Source: Paramecium tetraurelia
Lineage: Eukaryota
Assembly (NCBI GenBank): GCA_000165425.1
Contig: CT868053.1
Span: 62,001-126,000 of the forward strand
DNA length: 64,000 nucleotides
Direction: 5' to 3'
Shown: one piece after another, positions 25,238-39,401 of the stretch
How the letters are laid out: each line of letters opens with the position of its first letter
How positions within the stretch are numbered: the stretch's first letter is position 1
Notes under the pieces: generated by a model
The model's database searches: none
Told to the model about the DNA's origin: nothing
The model's input: only the letters and a program-made list of their open reading frames with translations
Made by a program: the position numbers and the translations under genes

Positions 25238-26673
25238 ATGAAAAATAGTCAGAAATTAAGTGGCAATCAAAAAATTTAACAAATATACAACTATGAGGAG
25301 ATGCTTGAATAGGAAGAGATGTCAAAATAACTTAAAAATCAGTTAATAGTTATATTAAACACTTCAAATGAATAGATTTCGGTCAAGGATGCAGTTGAAG
25401 CAATTAAATCTGAAAATATTCTAGAAGCTCATAAAGCATTAATTTAATTGAGAAAGACCTTGTCTGTATTATTGTTTCAATAATTTAATAAGAATTTTGA
25501 TTAAGCAGAAATATTTACTAATGAACTTGTACCACTCCTTTTTTATTTAATCGAATTTGGAAGCACATACATAATAAAATTGGAAGCTACATGTTAAATT
25601 AATTGTATATATTAGAAATCATCTCCATTTTTGCAGGAGGAAAGAGTGATATTTCAAGAATAATCTTTGAAAATGGAATTGTTTAACTGGCTTTGTCCAT
25701 TTTGCAAAATGACAACCCAGAATTATCAATGTTGCTAATGGTCATATTGGGCAAATTGGCAGGGGATTCAATCTAATACAGAGATTGCATACTTCAAGCC
25801 TGTAATTTGGATAGAATTATATTAAAAATGGAACTAAGATACGAAGCAACCTACGTCTGGTGTTTGGCAAATTTATGTATTGGAAGACCCAGTCCAAAAT
25901 TTGAAATGATAAGACCAGCCTTTAATATATTCGCTAAAGTAATTATATACGAACCCACACAAACTAATATCAAAATGATGAATGATGCAATCTGGGCACT
26001 TGGTTATATGTTGGATGGGGAACCCTCTCGAATAACTATACTAATAGATCAAGGAATTGTCAGTAGGTTGATAGAATTGATGCATCAATGCAACTTTGTT
26101 TCCATTTTAAGAATTTTTGAATGTATTTTTCAAGGGAATCAAGAATAAATTCGTTTTTTATTGGATTGTGGCTTCCTATCACAAATTAGAAATATTCTTG
26201 ATCCCAAGAGTCGAGAAAAGAGTAGCAATATGATTTAAACATTTGCTGCAACCGAAACCTTATTCAAAGTATTGTCTAATCAGAATTTCTTAATATCGTT
26301 ATTTAATTCTTTATAAGATCAGAATTCAGAACTCAGAGGAGATGCTTTAGAAATTATTGGTAATGCGGTATAACATGGGACTAATGAGGACGTAAATCAA
26401 ATGGTTAAGAATAAACTCATTTAGAGTGTTTTATAAATGTTAGAGTTAGCATAAATAATGGAAATACCATCTATTCATCTTAAAAAAGGATTAGAAATTC
26501 TAATTAAAATACTGCGGAAAGGTGAAATCAGATCAAAAGATAGGTAGAACAATTAGTATTTTACAGTATTCATGCAAATTAATGGAAATGATGTAATATA
26601 AAAGCTATTATCCAATAAATAGGATGACGTTGAGAAATATGCTTACATCTTTAAATAGGAATTCACCTTATGA
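25238..26673 (+). CDS. importin-alpha-like armadillo repeat protein
   Basis: LRKTLS, ILGKLAGDSIQYRDCIL, WCLANLCIGRPSPKFE, DAIWALGYMLDG, and a C-terminal NDVIQKLLSNKQDDV region. Confidence 0.8.
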
Positions 26674-27645
26674 ATACATAAAAATTATAAAATATATATT
26701 AATTTTCCTTGAAAAATTATCACATTTTTTTAATACTGGTTGCGTTAAAACTCTCTTCATTCTAAATGATTGCTTAGTTGTTTAAATGATTATTTTTAAA
26801 GTACGTCATCCAAATAGTTAAGTCGATATAAAATATAATTCATTCTCCTCCTCAGTCTAATTGAAAAATCAAACAATGTAAAAATACTCTCCATTTTTAT
26901 AGTGAATTTTTAAATATAAATCTATCATTTCCTTAGAAATAAAGAATAAATGTTGATTATTAAGTTAATAGCTGCTTCTCTCTCATTATTTATATTTCTT
27001 TAATTCTATATATATTTTTTTTTTACAGTATATTCCAAAAATCTTATATTCAGCAGATTGCTCAGAATGCTAGATTGGATGTTTATTGTATTTGTAAACT
27101 ATTGGATTCAATTGATATTTTATAATAAATTTTCATTTTATTTCTGTCTTAATTTTAATTATCACTCCTGATTTCTAAATTTCTCAACAAAAATATTGAA
27201 TATTTACATAAAGATCAAGTCTAATAAAAAATATATTATTAATGCATCTTAACATATATGTTATTATGCTCCTATTAGAGAATTTTAATTAAAAATTATT
27301 TGATCATCAAAATGAAGTAATGACAGTATTATTAACTTTATTAAAAGAGGAATCATAATTTATTATATTTAGAAGTGTCTAATTCATGAATATCAATATC
27401 TAACTTTCAAAGATATTTTTTGATTTTATACTATTGATCATGATATGCTTGTTTTCTCGTAAAATGAATTAATGATTCAATAGAATAATGAGTCCATTAA
27501 GTGTAAAGAGAATGTATTAGACCTTTTAGTAGAGCAAATGTGTGAAAAATGAAAATAAAATCATAGATAACTAATACCCATTTAATAAAATGTTTTTTTC
27601 TGATTAGATTCTAATTAAATAATTATTTTTTATATCTTATTGATA

Positions 27646-29570
27646 ATGCCCCCTAAAAAAGCAACAAAGAAAAAGACACCATCTCCATCACCTCCCCCTG
27701 CCAAAAGGTCAACGAGATCAAAAAAAGAAGACAAAGTTGATGACAAGAAAAAGTACAAAGTCATAAAATAAATTATAGAGATGTGGTAGCAAAAGTGACA
27801 AAGGGCTAATCCATATCAAAAGGAAAAGGTAAAGCTAAATAGAAGACTCCTTCACCATCACCTTCACCTCCACCAAAAAAAGCCCCTGTAAGAAAGGATT
27901 CAAAGAAAAGTAACAAAAAGTCACCATCACCCTAACCAAAGAAAACAGTAAAGAAATCCCCATCTCCAGCTAAGAAAGATGAGGAATAGAATCTAAAGAA
28001 ACTTGTATTTACAGGCAAAGCTCCTGTTGATGAATTTGTTAATAATAGAGATAATTATGTAGTATATGAAGATGCAGCAAAAGTATATGACTGCATGATG
28101 AATCAAACTAATATTATTGGATCAAATAATAATAATAAATTCTATGTAGTGTAATTATTAAAGAGCAAATCATCAGGTATCTTATTCAAATATATAAATT
28201 AGATACATATTTTGTATTTACCAGATGGGGTAGAGTTGGTGTATCTGGGTAATAAGCTTTACAACCATGTGGAGGTAGTCTAGAAGCAGCCAAAAGTGGA
28301 TATGAATAGAAGGTTAGGGATAAGAGTGTAAAAGGAGATTATAGAATCCTAGACAAGGATTATAGTATTAATACAGATCCTAAGGATGCTGAGAAGTTAG
28401 AAAAATTAAAAGAGGACAGAGAAAAGGAGTCTTATGATAAGAGTAAGTTGCACACAAAAATTAAAGAGTTAGTAAGGTTAATCTTTGATATGAAGATGAT
28501 TAATAATTAAATGAAAGAGTAATTTAAATTATATTGTATTTTTTAGAATAGGTTATGATGCTAAGAAAATGCCTTTAGGCAAATTGGCAGCTTCAACAAT
28601 TAACAAGGGATTTGATGTCTTAAAGAAAATCTCGGAAGAGTTGAATAAGAAGTCTCATAATACTACAACTTTACAGACATTGACAAGTGAGTTCTATAGT
28701 CAAATTCCTCATGATTTTGGCAGGGAGAAGGCACCCGTGATTAATACAGCTCAATTGGTAAAGTAGAAGTTAGAAATGTTGGAATCTATTTAGTAGATCT
28801 AAGTAGCAACCAAAATATTGGAAGAATAAAAGGATGATGATACAAACGTTATTGATGAAAATTTCAAGAAACTTGGAATAAATATGCAATATTTAGACCC
28901 ATCAGAAGATAAAGTTAAAATCGTCAAAGAGTTTGTCAAGAATACCCATTGTGACACCCATAAGAATTATGATTTAGATGTACTCGACGTCTTTGAATTA
29001 TAAAAAGATTAAGATGATAATAGATTCAAGAAAGACATTGGAAATAGAATGCTTTTATGGCATGGTTCAAGATTAACCAATTTTGTTGGTATTTTAAGTT
29101 AAGGATTGAGAATTGCTCCACCTGAAGCTCCAGTAACTGGATATATGTTCGGAAAGGTAAATTCTAAATTGATTCTTTCAGGGTGTTTATTTTGCAGATA
29201 TGGTTTCTAAATCAGCCAATTATTGTGCCGTTACAAGAGAGAACAACACAGGATTGATTTTATTGTGTGATGTGGCCCTAGGAAACACAAATGAAAAATT
29301 CTACTCTGATTACTATGCTAACAATTTGCCACCTGGTAAGCACAGTACCTGGGGTAAAGGTAAGACTATGCCACCACCTGCTTAAAATATTCCCTTCCCA
29401 GGTATGCCTGAGGTCTAAGTGCCTATTGGTAAAGGAGCTCCATCAGGAGTTGCAAATGTAAACATTATATGTATAATTAGACCTCTTTGCTTTACAATGA
29501 ATTTATAGTCTATGATGTTGCTTAAATTAGATTGAAATATTTAATCAAAATGAAGTGGAATTATAAATGA
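27646..29570 (+). CDS. poly(ADP-ribose) polymerase, PARP2/3-like (basic SP-rich N-terminus, WGR, regulatory and catalytic domains)
   Basis: NNNKFYVVQL..TRWGRVG, KMPLGKL, FYSQIPHDFG, LLWHGSRLTNF, GYMFGKGVYFAD and YNEFIVYD. The H-Y-E triad is intact. Confidence 0.93.
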
Positions 29571-29649
29571 TGAATATAATTCATATAGATAGATATTAAA
29601 TTTGATATTAAATATTATTCCAACCTAATTTTATTGCTGTACATTAAAC

Positions 29650-32600
29650 ATGCTATTTATGTAATATTATAATTCTATTGCATCTGATTTGGTAATATAA
29701 AAAGAAATTCATAAAACCACAGTATTACCATTAATATAAGAGGACTAGATTCACAATATTGATGATTTAGAAATCACCTTAAAAATTGAATGTGGTTAAT
29801 ACTTAATTGGATTGGAAAACAATTATCTAAATAAATGTGATCAATATGATTTGATGGTTGAAATCAAATTGAAGAATGGTTTCTGGAAGTGCTACAAGCA
29901 ACCAGAGATAAGATTGAATTAAAGTTTATTTGTAAATAATGATTATAGATATTTTTAATAATGAAAAACAAATGTATTCAAACAGATATCAGTTATTTTA
30001 GATGCAAAACTGATTAAACGTAAACAATTGATCATGATTTCGAATAAGCATCACTATAGTAGAGCTATCCTAGAATGATTTCGATTAAAGAATAATTTTT
30101 GCAATTGCAAGACATTTACCCTTATGATATTCATTTGAATTATGAAAAAGAGGATTCAATATAATTTCAATTACAATTAAAGAGCTTTTTGGATGAGCAA
30201 TCTACATCTTAAATTGTGCTTTTGATCAAAGGTCCTGCATTTTCAATTGATGTATTATTTAATTCAACATTTTTGCAAGATGAGAAATAAGAAATACTAA
30301 ATTTGGTTTCTGAGTGCTCAAATTAGAATCTATTGGAAACAATAATCTAATTAGAAACCAAGTTAACTGAAATGGATAAAGAATTTATAAAAAGAAGAGC
30401 AGTAAACTAATTTAAATTTGTAAACAATTATTAATAAGTGGAATAATACAATGAACTTTAGATTACAAGAGGTATATCAAACGTATTCGGAAGTGTAAGT
30501 GAAGAATTGGACATGAAGTAATCTGTTCTTGGTTTTGACATAATTAAAGATCATCTGGTGGAAAAGTATGACAATACAGAACCTCAATTTAACCCCGTCT
30601 CAACAGCACTTCCAATAGAGCAACTGTCACAATTATAAGCGTGTAGTTTCTCAAGATTTTAATAAGACTTTGATGAGATACAACTTATTGGAAGTGGAGG
30701 CTTTGGCAAAGTGTTCAAGTCTAGAAACAAATTCGATGGGAACTATTATGCTTTAAAGAGAATCGTCTTGGATTACTCGAATAAGAAATTAACCGAAAAA
30801 ACTAAGAATGAAGCCGTTTTATTGTCAAGAATCCAACATCCTAATATAGTGAGATATTATCAAGCATGGACTGAAGAGTACATTAAGGATTAATATGAAA
30901 ACATTGAAGACGACGAAGAATTTGTGGAAGATTCTGAAGAGGAATCTGAGGAGGAAGATCCATAAATGCTGAGGAAGGGAAGCAGTATTAGTTAAGAAGA
31001 GTATTATGAGGATGATACACAATTTGAAGATCAAGAAAACAATGATATGGATTTTCAAATTGAGTGGGTTAATTGTGATCCACAAATTCAAGAGGAGTCC
31101 ATTCAAACTCCAGAAGTCAAAGCTCATGAACCTAAATAGAATAGTAACAAACAATTGCTCTACATTTAAATGGAGTATTGCACAGGGGATACTTTAAAGA
31201 AGAAGATTGATGAACGCAATCTCACTTCAGAACAAAAGAAGAAGATCATTCGACAAATCTTGGATGCATTGTATTATCTACATAAAAACAACATCATTCA
31301 TAGGGATCTGAAACCTCAAAACATCTTTTTGGATGGAGATCTGAATGTCAAGTTGGGTGATTTTGGTCTGGCTACAGAAATGAAGCAGGAAATCAAATTC
31401 ATCGATCACAAATTAATGAGAAACTCCTCTACGGTATAGAACAATCAGAGTTAAAAGTTGAGTTTGACCTCAGGAGTTGGCACCTTCCTATACTTGGCAC
31501 CTGAATAGGAATAGAGCCAATATGATTCCAAGGTCGATATCTACTCTCTAGGTATCATCTTATTCGAGACGTATTATCCCTTCAAAACGGATATGGAAAG
31601 AATCAACTACATCACTCAACTAAGAGAACAATGCAAATTCCCTAAGGACTTCGACCAAAAGGTCGGTATGGCAGATAATGAAATTCGAGAGAAGATAACT
31701 GCTCTAGTGAACAAGGATCCTTAAAAACGCCCTACCACTTAGAGTCTCCTTAATGAATACAAAGACAAAAGAGTTTAATAGGTAATTAGATCTATTGCTA
31801 ATCCTAATTGTCCTGATTTTAATGAGTTAGTTTAAACACTTTTTGAATGTAAACAATTAAAATAATAAAATAATTTCTTTACTTCCTGTCTAGAGGAAGC
31901 CATTAGTTAAAGTCCTACCCTATTTTTTAAAAATTTTCAATCTGGCATCATAGAACTATACACAAGAGTTGAGAAGATATTTAAACTCAGAGGAGCATTT
32001 TAATTGAATCTGAATCCCCTTATTCCGACTCAAAACACTTTGAAATTTTCATCAATCTTTGGTCAAATCGAGGAGTATGAAAACTGTCCTCATCAAAATT
32101 CAAGTTTTAGATACATCACCCAAGAAGGGGAACTCGTGCAATATTGTCAGAATCTGCTGTAGCCAGTGATTTATTGGTTGAAGTTGCTTCCACTTAACAA
32201 TTTAAGAAGATACACTTTAGGAGAAGTCTAGCACTCCGACAGGCTTCAACTCTCGAAACACAACTGCGCATCATATGACATAATTTCAGAACAGGATCCA
32301 GGACCAGTGAAACTTATCGAATTATTAAGTATCTCCCGACATGTGATTAATTAATTTCATAATGTGAATAATTTCGAATTGAAAATCAGTCACACTTAAT
32401 TCTTTGAATTAATTCTATTAGAATTAGATTTCAATTCCCAAACGGTCATAAGAATGTTGAGACATTAAACCATTTTACAGAAGATTGCCAAGCTCAATTC
32501 CATCATTAATCGGAGTCAACAATACCGAGATCTGGAAAAAGAGATTTTTGTGATCTTGAGTGAAGAGTTCAATTTCACTGATGACAAGACGGATAAGTTT

Positions 32601-33638
32601 CTGGGATTCATGAAATTGAAAATACCCTAGATCTACATGAATGAGACTCATCAGCAAATGAAAAACAGTGAAAGTGGTCGGAAAACCTAAGAGCCTAAAC
32701 AAAAGAGAACATTGAGAGAATAGTTAAAGGGTTACTTTACAAAACAAGAGGCAAGATTCTAATAGATCATAAGTGAAATTGAAAAGTTTGAAGAACTCGC
32801 TAAGGAAACCAAGGTCTTGTGTGATTTTAAGATAGTGTACGAAGTATTCTAAATGAATGAGTTATGGTATTATTATTCTGGAATATGTTTTGAGGTAAGA
32901 TATTTAAATAATATGCATTAGTTTGTTGAGATTACGAAAGAGTTAACAAATCTAGGTAAGAATATGCAACTTGAGATTATACATTCAAGATCTGAGCCTG
33001 TTCCTAAAAACAAGTATGTAATGCTAATTGATTAGTTGTTTGAAGAGACATTAGAAGGGTAATATTGATAGTTTTATCATCGGGGGCAATTACAGTCATT
33101 ACATAAATAATAAAGACAATGGGAAACATGCATGTGGGATTCAAATATACATGGATCAATTCTACTATCGAAAATTTGTGAATCATTTGAACAACAATTT
33201 CAGTGGTAGAGTTTAAAAGACATTCGATCTCTTCAATTGGCCTGATTCTTTGATTAATTTTAAGAGTCTGACCCTGAGTGTGTTGATTGTGGTGGAGGAT
33301 TTGTCGATGAAACAAGCTTTGGATTTGGCTGTTCGATTTTGGAATCATGGAATAGCTGTAAATCTATATTGTAATTGTGATAGACGATGATTGTGTACAT
33401 TAAGAGCATCAACAATTCGGCTTGGAGTTATAAGAGGTCTGTGGAGATCAAGTTGAGTCTATCGAAGAAGTTCAATGAGGTGAAGTGCATAATGAAGAAG
33501 TACAGGGAGAAGAAGGAGGAGGAGGTTCCATATCCGGAGATCTTCTAAAAGACCAACAGTTATTTGAGGGAGTATGTGAAGAATGAGAGTGTTGAATATA
33601 AAGTCAGTAAGAGAGCATAATCCAAATAAAAGTAGTGA
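29650..33638 (+). CDS. GCN2: GCN2-like eIF2-alpha kinase (RWD-like N-terminus, kinase with acidic insert, degenerate HisRS-like domain)
   Basis: [78 protein letters not shown]. HisRS-like YYSGICFE and [15 protein letters not shown] follow. The start at 29650 is tentative. Confidence 0.8.
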
Positions 33639-33733
33639 TTATTATTAACGACGATAATTTAATAAATGCATTTGAAATTTTATTTGGTCATTATTTAATT
33701 TTTTAATAAAAATTTGAAAAAAGAAGATTAGCA

Positions 33734-34836
33734 ATGGTTTTAAAAATATTTAAGTCATTATTAGTCAAGAACAGGACCAAAGAATCAAGTGCTATTCGAC
33801 GGGGAGAAGAGGAACTCGATAAGAACTTACAATGGTATCACTGTTCTTTGAGACAATAGATAATGTGAACAACAGACAGGGATTCAAAATAGGATGGGAT
33901 GTCGATCAAACAAGAAAGGAAGATTTGAAAATTGCAGGCAAAGTAGGTTAAGATCAGAGAAACAACAATAATGGTAATGCCTACCAAGGAAATCCATATC
34001 AAGCCCAATAAGTAAATATTAACAATATCAGTAAAAGTAAGACGATGATTATATGAAGTAAATGTACTACCAAGAGATGAGCAAGAAGTAAGAACAGGCT
34101 GGAATCTAACACAAACAATCAGAACAATATTATTAAGATTCTCTCGACCAATACAATAATGGAAAGCCATATGGAAATTACAACTACAACAACTAAGACA
34201 ATCTTAATCACGATTACGAACACTAACAACCATAACTATTGTAATAATCCAATAAATACGATCATTATCAATAACCGAATGATGACGAGGCTCTCTATTA
34301 AAAAGTATAACAGTTATTTCGAGTATCTAGTATAAACAAGGAAACAGTGGCAATAAATCATACTCAGCAAAACCACCAGTTGCGCAATACAATCCAATCA
34401 CCGGAATCGCCTATGCCAATCCCAACAACTACAATCCAGATGCCGCTAATAATTATTAAGGGGCTGCTCATTAAAAAACTAACCCCTATGAACAACCATA
34501 ACAAGATGATGCTCTCAGTCAATTTAGTTAATGTATCAGACACTCTCTTAACCATTTAGTACAATAGCATAAAATCACTTCCATCAAAAACAAGAGTTCC
34601 AACATCTTCAATACCGATCTCCAAGAAACTGAGAACATCAATAATACTCGATAAAATAGCAGAATTTTGAATCGAAAGAAGGAATTGGATGATGCTTAAT
34701 ACAAAGGCTATGGTAAGTATCTAATATAACTGAAGGACAATTTTATAAGACTCCTATTGAATCGGCTCCAAATCAATACAAAGAATAGAAATTTGTTAAC
34801 AGAAACAAAGTTGACAACCACATATTTCCAAAATGA
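33734..34836 (+). CDS. hypothetical low-complexity Q/N/Y/D-rich protein
   Basis: ATG is followed immediately by a ~28-nt intron, then MSRTGPKNQVLFDGEKRNSIRTY.., QYNPITG and SSNIFNTD. TGA 34834-34836. Confidence 0.65.
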
Positions 34837-34937
34837 TTATTTATAATTATATTAATATTTTATAAATAATTATTACACGTATATTGCAATTATATAACTT
34901 AAGTAATATTGCCATGTGATTCAATAATTAAAATAAA

Positions 34938-35184
34938 ATGAGCTAAGAGACTCTCAATGGAATCAATGGCATCTTGTCTGACGTCCAAGGTTTCGGCTAG
35001 GAAAGTTATAGATTCCTCAGAAAATGCACCAAACCAGACAAAAGAGGTATCCATAATATTCAATTTAGAATACATCAAAATTGCCACATCATGCGCTATT
35101 GGATTCGCAGTAATGGGAGCTGTTGGATACTTCATCAAATTGGTCTTCATTCCAATAAACAATATCATTTTGAGTGCAAATTGA
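34938..35184 (+). CDS. SEC61G: Sec61 gamma subunit (SSS1)
   Basis: [49 protein letters not shown]. One short intron. Confidence 0.95.
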
Positions 35185-35247
35185 ATCAATTTTACATATT
35201 AATCTATATATTATTTATATTTATTTAATGAACAAATAATGAAATGA

Positions 35248-37145
35248 TCACCAACATGATGCTTCCTTTAATTATTCAATGGCTTCATCTATAAAGGAGT
35301 TGAATTGTTCTTCTTCTTTGAACATATCAATGATTTCTTCAGTTGTGTAATTTGTCGGGTCTGACAATATTTCACTTATTCTCTTCCAGTGAGCCTCAGT
35401 GTCAGTACTAAGTCTAGCCTTAATTCTGTAATAAAGCATTTGTCTAAATTGATATTTGAAATGTCTTACTGAATTTGTCTGAGTTGTTCGTCTTAGGATT
35501 TAGCTTTGAATGTTTCGAAATTAGCCAACAAATCTATTAAATCTTATCTCTAATTGAAGGGAACAGCTTGAGGAGGAGCTTGTTTTTGGGCCTCAGGCTA
35601 TTGAACAGGAGGAGGGATGTTTGGTCTAATAGGCTAAGTGAATCCTGGGATTTGTTATGGGAATGGTCTTCTCATTTATCCAGGACCTTGCATTCTTTAT
35701 TGCATTTGATAGGGAGGGAATGGCATTCTCTAACCAAATGGTGTAGGACCTTAAGGCATAGAATACATCCTTCTATTGGGGGATTGTCTTTGATTATTTC
35801 TTCTTTGTCCTCTTTATTAGGATTATTGAGGGAAGAGATGTTAGAAGTATTTGCCACCTGCAGTTTCAACACTTGGATCAAAGAGCTTTTTGATTTCTTC
35901 AAATTTCTCGTTTTCCTTGAAATTCTTAACCAATTTGTTGGCATCAGAAGCTTAATCGAATACAATGTATCCAATTCTGATGATCTATTGGAATCCTTAT
36001 TGCATTTTCTCTAATCTAATCTAACAATAATAGAAACAAAGGAATTACTGTTTGAATATCTCCATATCCGCATTCTTTGAGAGTAGTTCTGATCATTTCT
36101 TCAGTGACATTTCTTGAGAGATGATCAGCATAGATATATTTAGCAAAGACATTATTGTCTCTTTGTTGCTTTCTATCTGTCTTGGTCTAAGCCCATCCAA
36201 CATACATCATTCTACCAGTGCTCAACGGATCCCTTTTTTGAGTTGTACCAAGAGTCCTTTAAGCTTCCTTAGCATCTTGATGTCTATTGAAACTAACGAA
36301 TGCAAATGGAGCCTTTCTTTCCACATCAATTTTGACTAGGATTGAAACAATGGATCCATAACCACTGAACCACTCATTTAATTTTTCTCTCATTTCTTTC
36401 TCCTAAAATGATGAACCTTAATCTTACCAATGATTCACGAACTTCTGCGTTATCCAAATCATAATTTTCGAGTGATGGCCAGAAGTTCTTAATGTAAAGG
36501 TTATTTCTCTTGTCTTCTCTGTCTGTTTGTCCTTTCTTCACAAATCTCTTGACTATGACCTTTGTTTTCTCATTGTATGCAATTGTGCCATCTGTACTGT
36601 CAGCCAACAAGGCATTAGCTTACTCCTTCTTCTCATATTACACCCATCCGTAACCTAAATGTGAATTGATATAGTACCTCGGCTTTTCTTATTCTCATCT
36701 GTTGACAATTTCACACTGACAACTTGACCCCATTTTAAGAAGAATTCTTCAAGTTGCTTTAATGTTACAGTCAATTCGAAGCCTGCAAAGAATAAGTTAG
36801 CATCCTTCTCGTATTCTTAGATGTAAGTGATACGCATTGGCTCTCTTAAGAGTTATTTATAATTCATTGCTTCCTTAGCTTTACGAGCCTCTTCTTGAGA
36901 TGAGAAATAAATGAAAGCATAATGCTTTGATTTCCCAATGAAAGGATACCTATTTTAGGATTCATATTCATACCTATGCAATTTTACAAAGCTGATTTAT
37001 CCAAACTTTCTGAATTCCACAAATAATTATTCCTCTGTGATACCTTCCTCTAAGTCAGCAATATGAAGTCCATTTTCTGATTGTTTGTTTTGATCCTAAT
37101 ATCCTGGGAACCTTAACACTAATACAATAACTCAAAGACCTTACT
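35248..37145 (-). CDS. polyadenylate-binding-protein-like multi-RRM protein
   Basis: RRMs: LHIADL..KSKHYAFIYF, NLFFAGF..GYGWVQY, NLYIKNF..FAFVSF and NLYANHL. Pro/Gln/Gly-rich linker and an MLLE-like C-terminus (..FIDEAIEQL). The ATG is split by intron 37119-37144. Confidence 0.8.
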
Positions 37146-37195
37146 TTGAATCCGATTTAATAAATAAGATTTAAAATTTCTTTAATTTTTTCTTG

Positions 37196-37815
37196 ATGCT
37201 ATTCCCGCTTTTGCAGAGATTTTATTTATGCACAAAGACAAAGAACTTAAATTTTAAAAAGAAATCCCCATCCAAATTTAGAATAGCATCCTCACTGATC
37301 AATGGGGTCACCAACACTAGATCCACACTCAACAACCAGACATCGAGGATGCTAATATCTATTAAATTCTTTGAAGGAATTCCATCTCAATTCAAAACCA
37401 AACTCAATAACAAGGATGAAGTCTAAATGTACATAAAAGAACTAAATGTAAAGGTGAGAGTATCAAGACTAACATTACAATCAACTTGAAAGAATAAATT
37501 AAAAAAAGTCAAAAGAAGAAGTTGCTATTTTAGACAAACAAATCAAAAAGAAGATCATAAAATTCAATTAAGTTTTTCTAAAATCTGGCTAAAAATACAT
37601 ATTAAGCAAAGAGATCATATAGCAATTAAAAAAAAAGAAGGTGATAAAATACCTCAAAATAACACAGAAATCACTCATAATTAAATCTAGCATATCAAAT
37701 TTTTGAATTATTTAGCTATGGTATAAGCAAAGTAATTATTTTCAAAATGGAATCTGTTATTGAGTATTTAAAGAAACAGAAAATCAAAAGTGACTAATTC
37801 TTTAATCTAATTTGA
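37196..37815 (+). CDS. hypothetical basic protein
   Basis: MLFPLLQRFYLCTKTKNL.. long frame. Downstream exon structure is uncertain. Confidence 0.4.
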
Positions 37816-37841
37816 AATTAATGAATTAACAATTATCATTT

Positions 37842-38185
37842 TCATTTTAGTTATGCCTTAATCTTCTGGTATTCATCTTTAAGTTATCTCAATTCATCTG
37901 CGATCTCTTACTTTTCCGTTGTCTTCTTACCCAAGTTGATCTCACTTATTGCCAAAGCTGTCTCCAACTCCTTATTCACCTTCTTCTTCTTTATCTCAAT
38001 CTAGCCATCCAAATCCTCGATTGTCTTCATGAGAGCATCCAGAATGAGATCAGCCTCCTCTATCGTAGACATCTTCTCAATTTTCTGCGACAACAGATCA
38101 TTCAAGTATTCCTTCACATTCACATCCTCCTCCTTATGTGCTACCTTAATAATTATACTTCCAAATAATTGTAATCAATCTACAT
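37842..38185 (-). CDS. small coiled-coil protein
   Basis: MQIDYNYLE|EEDVNVKEYLNDLLSQKIEK..QKIKAQLK* with one 26-nt intron. Confidence 0.65.
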
Positions 38186-38222
38186 ACAAATTTATATATA
38201 TTAAAATAACGAAGTAAATAAA

Positions 38223-39207
38223 TCAATATATATTTAGTAAATACTTAATCCATTACACCGAAGGACAAGCCTTTCTTACTTAAGGAAATTGGTTCCTACA
38301 CACTTTTTTACAAAGCATTTGAATAATCACTGAGTGTTTCCCTAGTTGCTACACTCCTTAGATCCAGCTTCTGGGGAGGGTTCTCAATATCAACTCTAGC
38401 TGATCTTGTCTGATTCTCTGGATAGTTCAACTTCACAAAGGAATACAGAATCATATCCAAAAATATGTTAGAGATTTTCAAAATTGTAAACCCAATTAAT
38501 GCAATATTTGCTTCTTGCTAATTTAATTGATATTTGTATATATACATTTGCGCATTCTGCCACGAAGGTACAGCTGACGAATAGTTCACAAAAGATGTAA
38601 AAGCCCACTATCAGGTGTGTCTCATCTGCCAATCTTTTTTGAGGATAAACCTAACACACGATACACAAGATCAAAGTGATGGCCTCCATCCCTCCAGAGC
38701 CTACTATCGAAATAGCTCTGTTGAAGTTGAATTTCCCCAGAATGTAACTAAATCTCAATCAAAAAATACTAAAAATAAAACGACATCAAGTCTAAAACAA
38801 CTGCAACTATATATATTTGAATTTAAATAGCCAGGCCAATCATCCTATTTGGCAATATAACCAACGAGCAGATCATCCCAATCGATAAGTATTATAGTAT
38901 CATAAGAATCAAACTTTCCTTTCTAAAATTCGCTATATTTAAATAGAGTGAAATCCCTAGAAATAGTAAAATGAAGCAAATTATGTAGGTTTTATTAATG
39001 GCATATCTAGGTCTAACAAAAGCAAGCCCCAAGATGATCATACTGATTAAAAACTATAAAATTCCAAAAGTTAGTGGCAACTACTATTCAGAGTAACTTA
39101 GATTAATGTATTTCTTACTTCTCCATTTGCAAAATGAAATTAATCAGACCAATTAGGCTTGTTAACACATGGAACTAAGGAATGGCGAAAACGCACATGG
39201 ATTGCAT
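38223..39207 (-). CDS. hypothetical multi-pass membrane protein
   Basis: Several hydrophobic helices after splicing of 22-28 nt introns. 3' end is approximate. Confidence 0.5.
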
Positions 39208-39401
39208 CTTTAAAAAAAATTATTATTGGAAAATTATGTTATTATAATATCATAAATATTGTCAATTTTATAACATCATCAATCGTAATAAAACAATATA
39301 ATAATATTTAATTTTGATATTATTTAATATTTAAAAAACACTATTAATATAACATCTTCATCTAGGTTTGTTAATTAAATTTAACAAATTTTATATATAT
39401 T

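Noticed and set aside
35568..36339. Plus-strand ORFs of 148 and 72 aa
   Set aside because: Antisense to the PABP-like gene.
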